This document shows, piece after piece, positions 38,964-50,648 of a stretch of DNA of 64,000 nucleotides. A model generated the notes under the pieces. That model did not search any database. It was given only the letters and a program-made list of their open reading frames with translations, and had not been told where the DNA came from. The number at the start of each line of letters is the position of its first letter. Position 1 is the stretch's first letter. Origin of the DNA: Laetmonice hystrix (lineage: Eukaryota); assembly GCA_965235115.1 (NCBI GenBank), contig OZ249445.1, positions 9,734,001 to 9,798,000 of the forward strand, in the 5' to 3' direction. The translations under genes were made by a program, and so were the position numbers.

Positions 38964-40763
38964 TGTCATGATTAAAATTAAAATTAAAATCACTTGTTCA
39001 GGTACACACTTCATTTGCATACAACATGAGCTGGTTGCCGTGGTCTAGGCCTACATACTATACGGTTACGAAGGATAGCAACTCTCCGTTCGACCGAGTA
39101 TGAATGGGAGAGGCGGAAATGTGAAATAGGCCTTGGCCTATTTTACCCGGAAAGACCATTCATGCAACAAATTACCAATTACCGTCAACACCTGCGAAAC
39201 TGATTTCACTTCACATCTATAGTGTATCCCGGACTACGTCAGCGGGTGGTTGCTTCCTTTGTAGTCCTCGGATCTGTTAAATCTATGTGCGAGTGATACA
39301 CCTGATAATCCGTATGTAGATCAACGCATGCATGTATTCTGATGGTAAAGCTGGTGTCACACGGCACGATATTCTTTTCTAAACGTTTCCGAAGCTCCGA
39401 CCACCCGATATCGGGAACATATCGGACCAAATATCAGGACAGGTGAGCACAAGGTCGTGCAGTGTGATGATATATACGATGCGATGCGATGGTCGCAGCA
39501 ATATCGGCGGGTCGGTGAGTCTGAGGAAAGTCTGACAGTGTGAGCATGACGTCGTACCGTGTGAGCCTCATATAGGACGAGAATCGGAGTCGGGTCTGGG
39601 CTCTCACAACTGACAACCAACAAAAACGTTAGAAATATCATGTGACGTATATAAAATGGCGGAAGACGGGAATTTCCGATGGACGGACTGTTTTTTGAGC
39701 AATAATAAAAAACATTAGCGGAGTTCAAGTGATATTATACAGGATATTCACCTTTCGTAAAGTTATCCTTGTGGTTAAACCAATCCGTAGGGCATCCATC
39801 ATAATAACATCTTAGGAACTAGCCTCTCACATAAAGTAAATACAAAATCGCATAGATAGTAAACTTGGATGGTGCTGTGAAAAAAGGATAAAAACTTGAT
39901 GTGTCAATCAGAATGGCTCAGCTTATACTTGGACGAAAACACAGATGGCGATTAAGAGGATCTTATTGCAGTGCTTGTGTACACGTGGCAAATGACAGAG
40001 GAGCTTGACGGCCAAATACGTTCTTCGACTTGTGGAATGTGACCAAACTATTCCTAGATAATGTAATAAAGATGGAGAATGAATAACAGAAACTTCCTGC
40101 AAGCTAAGTCCCATTATCGCAGTCCCTGGACTGCAGAATGATAACCCTAATCTTCTCTTTTAATCAATTCCATTATTTGGTTTTCAATGTCCCAGTGGCT
40201 GGCTCGTGTATTTGATGAGCTGGGCCCTTATCAGGTCTGATATGACCAAATTTGTTTCGATGTGGGCATTAGTATTTTCTCTATTTGTAAAGAACACCCC
40301 GGAAAGAAATCGACGTCGGGGATCAGCCTTAATTGAATGTTTCTCTCGCGTAAGAATCTAACCATAAAAGTTGCACCATGGGGCCAGGACGATGGAGAAG
40401 GGTGGGTCTGTGGGAAGAGAGCGGGGAGGGGGCGGAGTTAAAGCTGGGCGGGGGATTGGAGGAGGGGCATTCCAGAAATCAAATCGGGGAATACATACCC
40501 TGGGATCTAAGAAGGTATTCATGCAAAAATATTTTGGTGTATGCTTCGGGAGCTCTCCTCTTTATTTAATATCACTATGAAAGCCGATTCAAAAGGAAAA
40601 TGATCATTCCTCAGCGCACTTTTGTAAAACAAATGAGTCGCATTACAAACTTTGATGGTCCATTAGTACTTGTAAGCTATTGGGAGGTTTTTACTCCTGA
40701 ATTTAACCTCGAGAAACATCCGTTGAAAACACACTTACCATTTTCTACTTTTCTCGGTTACAG

Positions 40764-40808
40764 AATGAAAAGTATCAGACATTATCTGCCCTCATTGCTG
40801 TCAGATTG
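40764..40808 (+). CDS. nAChR coding exon 3 (45 nt, NEKYQTLSALIAVRL)
   Basis: Acceptor TTTTCTCGGTTACAG|, donor TTG|GTAAGT, phase 0-0. Equivalent to the conserved 45-nt DEKNQVLTTNIWLQM exon of nAChRs; not in the ORF track. Confidence 0.9.
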
Positions 40809-43800
40809 GTAAGTAGTTTTTACCTTCAGTATATATGGTGTGGATGTCTATGCAAACAGAGTGGGTTATCTGTATGTTAGTGAATGTCCACGCGTAGAGT
40901 GGTTGCATGGTGTAATATCTCCATGACTACGTCATTCTGATTTTACAGACTTCAGTAAGGCCCAATATTTGACTCGCGAGTACCGTACAGGTTGTCAATG
41001 GCAATAGGAGGAATTGAAGTAAACTATTTTTTTGTGGCCGTGGGATTAATGACTAAAATCGTTTACGGAACTTCCTTGCACATTTAACATCGCACAACAT
41101 TGAATTTAGAGCTCGGTGAGTACATGTCATCGAGCTGGGGGGGGGGGGGGTACGGGGGCTAACATTTATTGTCGTATGTCCCTCTTCGAGGAGACATCAT
41201 AGCATGCACGTAGAGTAGCGTAACGTGATGAAACCCACGTGACAGGCGCTGACCCTCACAAAGACGTCACGCAATAAAACATTGGGTAAATCAGCCCGAG
41301 CACGTGCAGTAAAGCAGACGGCACGCAGCCAAGCCTAGCCGCTGATGCGACCAACCCTATTTATGGTCAAAAGTATCACGGAACAATGGTATCGGGTGGC
41401 GAGTGGAATCTTTGCCAAGGAATGACAAGTATGCTGGCTTTTAAGGGCCGTGTCGGGTCAGTCGGACGCTGACCGTGGTAGAGGGACGCCGCCCAATCCG
41501 TCTTCTGGCAACGATTTTGATGTAATTTATCTGTCGCACGTTCTCATTAGGAAGACGCTTGTCACGCTTTCAGGGGGTCCCAGCTTGACTCGCACGGGCT
41601 GGCTGACGCCTTACTTAGCTAAGGAAGCCGGTAGGGGCAGAGAGCTGCCGACATCTGGGATCCCATCTGAAGGCCTGACCTCGCCTTCCCTTCACTTCCA
41701 TCTACATGTTGTGGTCTGATGGCACTGATATAGGACGTGCCTATAGGTCCTTACCCTCCCACCCAACGTACGACGACATCCGTGCTGTCAGACACGTCAT
41801 GACCTAATGACCCCTCGGGTCGGTCAGATACAGGCTAATCCGGAGGGGATGTCCCAAGGTTTTTTTCTAACTGGTTCCTGGTAACTAGATACAAATAAAA
41901 CAGTGGGATTTTGATTTCTTTGAATACCTGTGTGGATAGCAAACGATGGATATATACGACGGGCGGGAAAATCAACTCTTAACTGAATTTCTGTCAGGAC
42001 CGTGCCGTTATTCCGCATATTTTAAGCCAGGCAGCAAATGTTTCTGTCCAACTACTGGAGCTTATGATCCTTAATTCCCACAACAAACGGGCATAAAACT
42101 AAAATTTTAATCCTCCAGTCCGACGAGAGCGTTTCCATGGTAACCAGTTTAGAAATGTCAACAACTTAGATTCCATTAATTATGGCACGATGATCGTGTC
42201 ATAAAATGATGTCCATGTTAAACCAGTGGGTGGTCCAACATTCTGAAGTCTTATTCTGATTCAAATAGAGAAAGGGAACGACGAGAGACGTCCACCGTGG
42301 TCACGTCAAAGAAACATTGTCATATTGAAATGAGTAGAGGATCCTTTCCGGTTGGTAGTGTGATAGTAGACTTCTTATAATATCACCTTCTTCGTCCTAA
42401 TAGCAATCATCATCAAAACAAAGGGTCTCTCTCAATCAATAAATACAAGCGTTCTCGCCCCAGATGTTGCCAACAATTGTCGGCAGGGCATGCAACAAGC
42501 AATCTTTCAGCCATTCTCTTGTTTCTAACTTAAAAAGTAATAGTATATTTCCATGGGAGCCTAATAACTGGATCATTGCCCTGTGGTTTTATAACGGATC
42601 CTTACAAAAAGCACAAGGATTAATACCTTACGCAGTCAACGGCGTGCCTATGTCTCTATTAGATAGGTATTATGGGATTTGGAACCTTAAGGTAAAAAAG
42701 TGCAGAGATAATCTTAAGTAAAGGCCAGTTAGCTAAGTTAAAATCTAATATCATTGGTGGTGCTAACATATTCGTTACTGTAGTAGAGGTACAATTTGTT
42801 GGTGAAAAGAACCTTCGCAAAATGCGACCATCTACCCGGTAATCACTTGGTACTACTGGCGGCAAGGGTAAGACAAGCTTAAATGACGCTCAGATTGAGG
42901 AATCTCCCCTTACGTCATTATCCCGGGGCCATACCAGGCCGTCCAGGAAACGTTGCCACACTCGTTCAGGGCAAAAACTCTGTTTTAAATGTGCTGGCCT
43001 GGGGTGGAATCTTGGCCTTCTGAAATGAACCCTCCTTGGCCTGGGGTGGCAGACTCGCCGTAAGCTCTGTAATCTTTCCCTCTCCCTCTCATTAACACGG
43101 CAACTGGCGCGCTTCCACCTTGTCGAAGACAAACTGAGGCAAGTTCAGCTGGAGTTTTGTTGAATGTGAACTGAAAGAACTGAAACACAAAGTGCAAACT
43201 TCCAAGGCTGTAAGGGAACTGTTGGAGAATTCTGTGGTAGAAATGCCTGTATACGCTTGTCCATTCCTCCCGTGCACCTCCGTGTAACCTTCCGCCTTGT
43301 ACGACCCTGCCAGAGCACATGCAATCTCAGTGTAGTATTCTACACCCGTTCGCCAATAAAAGAGGTGCCACTCCATATCGTTTCTGGTAATTCTATGGAA
43401 ATGTTATAGAAGCCAGCTGCCTTTTAATGATTAGCCTTACATTCGGCTAGGTGAGCCGACACAAAAATATCCCACCTTCCCAGTGCTGTATTGGCCCCCG
43501 ACTAGAAGTGAGTGTGTCAGCTGGCCATCTTTGGCGATCCAACCTGGCCCGCCGGGAGCACTCTCCATGGGAGCAGCGAGATTGCCAGGGCACTAACCTC
43601 AAAATATCATTAGGCTATAGTTGTCCTTAATCCTCAATGTTCGTCTATGTGAACCGGGATTTAACCAGATCTACGGCTTACCAAGGTACTTTCCTTCTGA
43701 AAACCGTATCCAAGAGAGAGAATCGATTCTACTCTGTATAATGTACCTTGAGGTCTTGCTCTGCCAGACAGCCTTTCCGGAACTTTGGCATGATCAGCCA

Positions 43801-45013
43801 GTTAATAGGTTTCTCACAGAAAATGCTGGTAATAGTGAGATAATTTCATCTGTGAAACGCATTTCAGCAAGATTGGCCGGCCTTGGTCTTAAACTCGTAT
43901 CGTACTATATCACCTCTGAAAGGGGCAGACCTTTGAACAGGGCATAACGTATCATGAAGGGCAACAATTGCGATTGCAAGACTGTATACAGTTGTATTGT
44001 ACTTATGATTGGCAAGCAAAGTCCCTTACTAAATACGCTATTGCAAATGTTTCTATGTGGATTAAAACACATGTTCATGCTCACACATGCACGTTCTAAG
44101 CCTGGCGTGCATATCTGTGTCGAGATCCGCCCACACACACGGGTCCGTGTCGACACGAAGGGGTACAGATGACTGACGGAGCCTTCTGTCAGACCTCCGC
44201 TCCTCCACTAGTCCCATGTCGGATATGCTTATAATTGTTACGGTCCCACTGAGAACTCATGAGTTCTCGCAGATAGCAGCAAAGGTCGTGGTCCCAGTCC
44301 AAACCCCTTGTGCCCAACATTGTCGTTGTCCGGGAGGGGTTTGTCCCTGGTTGGTGGAGCGTACCGGCTGTGACCAAAAGGCCTGTTGCTGATATTGTCC
44401 CCTCACTTGATGAAGGCCTCTCGAGTGAATACACGCGTGCACGTGAGAAGGCTGAACTCTGGTCTCCAAGGACCCGCACCGATCATCAATACACGTTATG
44501 TCCGGGCATAGTCTCCCTGACTCTCTACTTCCTTCCCATTCAATTATCTACTTTTGTATTTTTTTTTAATTAATATTATCTATCTGTATTAGCTGTTGCT
44601 CTTGACCACAATTTCATCGTTACAAATCAAATGTTTACTGTGCCTAGGTTACCTTGGAGAAAATCATGCAGTTTAGAGCCATTGTTAGACTTCCATGGAC
44701 CTGTTTTGACAACATTTATGAATAAAATGTATACAATTTTAATACGGTACCTGAGTATGTTGAAAAACTAAGTTGGGCTAAAGTAGTTTATCTCAATTGA
44801 AGTGAAGGTGATTTTTTAAAAATGATTAGAATCCTGATTGCTCAGATTTACCAATTCTACCAATTCTAAACCAGACGTGGTCATGGACACCCTATAAATG
44901 AGAACCTTCTTCGGTTCCTTCTCCTAACATTATCTAATTACGGCTGTCTAAAGTCACCGTTTGAAATGTTTCATACCAAGCCCTTTTATTCCCTTCATTT
45001 TCCACCTGGGTAG

Positions 45014-45123
45014 AGATGGATTGACGACTTCCTACGCTGGGACCCAGCCCGCTACGGTGGAGTGGACCACGTGTGGGTGCCGGCCATGGACATTTGGAGG
45101 CCCGACATCTTCATCAACAATTT
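45014..45123 (+). CDS. nAChR coding exon 4 (110 nt, RWIDDFLRWDPARYGGVDHVWVPAMDIWRPDIFINN)
   Basis: W.D..L.W.P..YGG...........IW.PDI motif; acceptor ..CCTGGGTAG|, donor TT|GTAAGT, phase 0-2; same 110-nt size as the conserved nAChR exon. Confidence 0.95.
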
Positions 45124-46199
45124 GTAAGTGCTCCAGTCTTCACTCCAACCAGGCTAAAGCCTCTCTCAAAATGAGTCGTTTTCAGCTTAGAATGAGGTCT
45201 TAAGCAAACGAGGCAATTATTGCAATGTCTCTTTCATGTCGAGTTGCCGATAGTGAAGCTTGACGTACTTAATGCTGCATCCACTAATTAATATCACGGC
45301 CACACTGACGATTCCTAATCACTATATCATGTATTTCCTGAACTGAAAGAGGAGCATGGGTTGGCATTTGTTGTTTTTTTCCGTGGCATTACAATATCAG
45401 GAACTTCAGGTTCGCGACAGCCATATGTCTATACGTCCCTGACGTATGGCGTTATAACCAAACTTCAAAGGTGAAAAAAAACGCCCGTGGTTATAAGGGG
45501 GGGGGGCTTTTACTTACAAAGCCTCACTTTGGCTTCCTAACGCTGTATCCGGCTTTGGTTAGGCAATGGCGTACGTACAATTAATGTACACGTACACACG
45601 TGGACGTGCTTTTTCTTGATCTTCAAAGCACGGCGCTCTATAATCCCTATAATTTACCGGAGGCCTTAAGGCGTGCTGGGGAAGAACACATGTATTAACA
45701 TATAGCGGAGTTACACGACGTAAGATATATCGAGGTGGACCCCTAACATCACCTCATTTATAGGTCACTCAGAGGTTCATTTTATCTGCCCTTGAACCGG
45801 GACAAAAGGTCCTACATGTTCCAGAGAATAATCCCTAAATATCGGGTTGAAGTATTAGAAGCGATGGTTGGTGTATCCTGCTGGGCATGAGGGATCGACG
45901 AACACAGAGGAGAACGGGAGGACTTACACCTGATGTACACATTAATGTGGCATGGTACCGGAGTAGTAATATTGTGGCTCATATAGAGAGTTGAGAGGTG
46001 AAAGGTGGAGCACGTAACCTCAGCTGGGAATCGGTGCAAAAGTTTCATGTTTTTGAAAGAAGAAGTTGCTAAGCAAAATGTCACATTCAACCCCAAAATG
46101 AACGACTCGCCTTTCTGAGATACTAATATTTGACATATCATTTAAATGCAGTGTTCTCCCTCTATATACCTTATGTTTGTTGTCCGTTTCCCACTTCAG

Positions 46200-46738
46200 T
46201 GCTGACGACAGTTTCCAAGACTTCATGAACACGTTTACCATCGTGTCGTACGACGGTTCGGTCCTGTGGATGTTCCCGGCCGTCGTGAAGACATACTGCA
46301 CGCTCGACGTACGCCATTTCCCGTTTGATCGTCAAAAATGCAACATTATCTTCATCTCATGGACATTCAACGGATTCAAACTGAACGTGACGTACAACGT
46401 GAGCGAACACAATACCGTGTACTACACGCCCAAGAATCAAGAGTGGTACGTGGATGAGATTGGGGTGGCACGTCATGAGAAAATATACGCTTGTTGCATA
46501 GAGCCGTACCCTGACGTGACGTTCAGTATACACATGACGCGACGTAGCTTGTTCTACATTATCAACCTTATCTTTCCCTGTCTGCTCATCTATGCTGTGT
46601 CCTTCCTTGGCTTCTTTTTACCGGTCGAATCGGGAGAGAAGGTGAACTTGGAGATTACCATTTTATTGGCTCTTGTCGTGTTCTTGCTGATTGTCGGGGA
46701 GACTTTGCCGCCCACACCGGACGCCATTCCCGCGCTAG
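46200..46738 (+). CDS. nAChR coding exon 5: Cys-loop, loops B/C, M1, M2, M2-M3 linker
   Basis: ORF 46177..46770; acceptor TTTCCCACTTCAG|, donor CTAG|GTACGT phase 1; CTLDVRHFPFDRQKC, SWTFNG, YACCIEPYPD (vicinal Cys = alpha type), SGEKVNLEITILLALVVFLLIVGETLP. Confidence 0.97.
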
Positions 46739-48138
46739 GTACGTCAAATACTCCTGTTGACTGTTATTAGCATATTCATGTCATCTCGCACGATAAAGTC
46801 TTTCCAAGTGAAAAATGTTCATATAGAATTCCAAAGAATAATTTCTGATTGGCAACCTTGCCATTCTATATGTTACAATGAAAGATAGCTTAATTGCAAT
46901 CAAATAGTGAGGCATGTTTTAAAACAACATGGTGTACATAGTACGTCAGGGCTGTAGTACATTATGAGAGGGTCCCACGTTCTTGGTGCATGACCAGACG
47001 TAGCTATCGATTGCAAAGTTGCTTAATGTCTTAGCCAAACATCACGACTACCGCAGGCAAGACGTCTGGCCGCAATGACATGGGGAGTGATATGATTTAG
47101 GGCCACCTTGGTGTTTTTTCAGATCTTTTATTACCGCAAATTATTGGGGAAATCACGTTTCTATAGATCCAATATAAAACGATTGTGACGTCATCACCTT
47201 GAGAAATCACAAACCATCATTGCTTGAAACTTTATGTAAATTAAGGACCCTTCAAACTTAACATCGTGAGATAGATTCTATATATTACACGCAGGAAAGG
47301 CAAATTCTTTTTTTTTTTTAATATTGTATTGATTATTTCAATGGGTAATTGCTCAGAGCGTCGTGTGGCAAATTGCCGTATAGAATATCAGATTAGCTGA
47401 ATGTCGCGTTTACAGCTGAGTTCCTTTTCTGAAAAGAATAAAGTATTATATTCCAGCAATAAGGTAACTGTTAAATTTATTTTCTCACAAACTCGGATAT
47501 GTTGAGATTAGGGCACTAATGTCATGTGGTAGCTTAGTGGTAATGTCTAATGTGGCATGTCTAGATGTCGAATATCCCGTCTGTAGATCCTACCCAAAAC
47601 ATGTTACATTCAGATTCATAGGTGTGGCTGTCATGAGCAGTTGACACGTCCATTTTATTAATTGCTTTTAATAATAAAATTACATATTTCATCGTTCTAT
47701 TTCTATTATTTTAATTATACAATTACTTACGACTAGTTACCATTCAAGAAACTATATTTGTTTTTAACTATTATACATTATTACAGTCTTATGCATGTTC
47801 CTCTTCTGTGATGTCCTAGGCATGAGTCATCTATGTCGTATGCATCTCTGTAGAGCATCTTTTCAGGAAACATACTAGAGTAGAAGTAGTTAGAGGCCAA
47901 ACGAGGACGTTTCCATTGACCTCGATAACAGTGGCCGTGTTCTCCCGATAAATTTCTGGAGTCCAGTTGTGGTTTATTCAGTATCCCAACTTTTCCTCTA
48001 TGCCCCATCCTGCCTCTAGGTATAAAAGCAAATGGTAAACTTTTCCCCGAAGTCCCCCCCCCCCTTCCAATTTCTTAGCTACAGGATTTACCTAAAAGAT
48101 TCAGGTTGTTATTTAAATGTTTATCTTGCTCTTTACAG

Positions 48139-48590
48139 GTGTTCTCTTTGGAACGACCATGCTCATGGTGTCAATCGCGCTGGTAATGGCCGTCATCGTC
48201 ACAAACATATTCCTACGCAAAGACTCTGGACATCGAGTACCTGTTTGCCTCCGGAAAATCTTTATCGGGAAGTCACAGAGGAGTTCTCTATCTAACAAGG
48301 TCACCCACACCGAGAATCACGTTCTCGAGAGTAAAATACAGGAAATCGAAATCGACAATCTCTCCAACCACAGTGAGGCTGAAACCTTGACCTGTAGGAG
48401 TCGCTGTAGTCGCAAGCGATCGGGGACGCCATACAAGGTGAACGACCTTGACTTACACGTCCGCATTTCTCACGAATGGCAAGTGTTGGCCAAGTGCGTC
48501 GATCGTGCATTTTTCTGGCTATTTCTTGCTTCTAGTGTCGCCGCCTTGACATCAATGTTCCTTCAAGTTCCGGCATACAATGCAACGTAA
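48139..48590 (+). CDS. nAChR coding exon 6: M3, ~90-aa intracellular loop, MA helix, M4, stop
   Basis: ORF 48117..48590; acceptor CTTGCTCTTTACAG| phase 1; VLFGTTMLMVSIALVMAVIVTNIF (M3), EWQVLAKCVDRAFFWLF (MA-M4); TAA 48588-90. Confidence 0.95.
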
Positions 48591-50448
48591 GAAGACACGT
48601 AATTTATTATACGCTGGTTAAGTTAACCAACCGTGTTGGTTGGTTGAGCGGAGACGTGCATTGATTGTAGGACAAAGTCTTGGGTTCGTCATCTCCAGGC
48701 CTTACAGTAGATACTGCCGACTGGAACAGAATCATTAACTGCTGATTAACCGCTGGCGGGTCTAGCTGAAGGATGTTCACATGAGAAGGGGTACGCCTCC
48801 GGATGGCATTTAATTCGTGGCGATGTGTTTTTGTCTGGTATCCGGACTGAAAGCGTCGGTAGAGGTTCGATGATTGCCCTTCACTGAAGGTCAGAGATAG
48901 CGCGGCCTTACGCTGCACCCAGAGGTCATCGTCAAGGTCGTTAGCAATGTGCATTTAGCACCAAGTATTACAGCGACATTTTCAGTGCATTTCAACACCA
49001 TCCTGTAGCCTATAATATACTGCGTACGTATGTTTAATTTACGGCTATCATTTCACAGCAGTCGTCTTTCGTTTTTCCCAACAACCACTTTTAATTACAG
49101 TGGATGGATATAAAATGTATAATCTACGCTATACCAAATTACACGATGATGATTGCTTATTTGTTCATTCTCCTGGCATGTCTTCAGAGGATCCAGGAGG
49201 AGAAAGTGAAGGAATAGAGGACGATGAACGATTTTCTCTAGCTGCCGAGCCACAAAGCAATGCACAAAGTGAGTGTGTGAATTTGGAAGCACGGATACCC
49301 GTAGTTGCCTACCCGAGATAGACATTGGCGTCGTCCCGATGGGTTCTGTCGTGGATTCGACGTCTTTATCGGCCAACCACACGGCCAACATGGCGGCCGG
49401 GTGGCTCACGTGACCGCCCGAGAATGGGGTGAGATCACACGAGAACATCTGTGGCTGAGCACCCCCAAGTGATGGCCATGCTTGCCGCATGCCGTGCACA
49501 CCACATCGCCTATGTCCTATAGAGCATCATGTTCATGTAGGCCGATAGTACACGTTGGCGCCAACCAGATTTTACTCATTTCTTTTCCACTGACGGGCGC
49601 CACCGTAAAGAAGTTAACATTTGACTAGATCTATGCTTGGAGGTGGCATGGGAAATAAGTGTTGTCTTTAGGTATGATAGTTTGTAGGGAAGAAATAAAT
49701 TCGGTGCATTATACCACGTATGATTTCATTCCGTAATAACCAAGACGTGAATACGAGATTAATATGAAGGAATCAGCGAGTCTGCGGTGCACAATGTGTT
49801 GTGTGTTGTTATTATTAACGGTATTTGGGAATGAACTAATAATTGACCGATAATATATTGAGGAATTCAATTACTTCCCTTGCTGATGGTAGCCTGCATA
49901 TGCTGAACCGATTGCACGTTGATTACAACTAACTTCAAGTACAATTTTACCGGTGGTCAATCCAGCTTAAATACCAGGCCTCTTGCCAAGGCTTTTTTCA
50001 TTAGCATGGGCCAGTCCCCCGAGAAATCTGTGCGACTCCCTTGTTCTTGGAGTCATTGTGTTTGTGATGGTTTGTGTGGCTCCTGACGTAGACGTTTCAA
50101 TGAGTTTTCGATTACGGGTCTATTTAAGGTTCTTACAGTGTTGATCCTGCAGGTCAAGATCACAGCCTCGCTGTGGGTGGAGCTGTGTAAGGGTGACGTT
50201 TAAGCCACGTGTTAGCCTATTTGCATATCCATCACTTCAACTCGTCGATGCGTCAACGTCAGACTCTTTGTTTAACATTTCAATAAAAAAAAGGTTTGTG
50301 GTATGTCTGAATAATCTAAGATCATGTATGTTTAATTATGAAGAACCCCCCATTAAAATGTTCATTTCAACACTCTTTCCTTGTCAGTTATATTTGTGTT
50401 GTGTACATTAGATTAGGAATGTCCCACCGCTTTTTAAAGGGACAAAGC

Positions 50449-50648
50449 AAATATACTGGTATATCCATCAAATATACTGGTATATCCATCAAATATACTG
50501 GTATATAATATACTGGTATATAATATACTAGTATATCCATCAAATATACTAGTATATCCATCAAATATACTGGTATATCCATCAAATATACTGGTATATC
50601 CATCAAATTTACTGGTATATCCATCAAATTTACTGGTATATCCATCAA
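50449..50648. repeat. Minisatellite, 21 bp unit (14-bp variants), internally palindromic
   Basis: Unit AAATATACTGGTATATCCATC, about 10 units. Confidence 0.95.

Larger units (their letters stand above)
3964..48590 (+). other. Gene span (ATG to stop): nicotinic acetylcholine receptor alpha-type subunit, alpha9/alpha10-like, 6 coding exons, 577 aa
   Basis: Exons join in frame with GT-AG introns (phases 1,0,0,2,1); total 1734 nt = 578 codons including TAA. Cys-loop CTLDVRHFPFDRQKC, loop C YACCIEPY, M1-M4 all present. Introns about 25.0, 11.2, 4.2, 1.1 and 1.4 kb. Confidence 0.9.

Noticed and set aside
42720-43380. Overlapping ORFs and a CFKCAGLGW knuckle-like motif suggesting a retroelement
   Set aside because: The His and last Cys of CCHC are missing, and no RT, RNase H, integrase or LTR features were found.
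44251-44268. Perfect 18-bp palindrome GAGAACTCATGAGTTCTC
   Set aside because: One such palindrome in 64 kb is not improbable (about 0.25 expected).
44216-44392. 58-aa Cys-rich sORF (..PCAQHCRCPGGVCPWLVERTGCDQKACC*) inside intron 3, tempting as a toxin-like modulator
   Set aside because: No credible signal peptide, no recognised cysteine framework, TGT-rich local composition; expected by chance.
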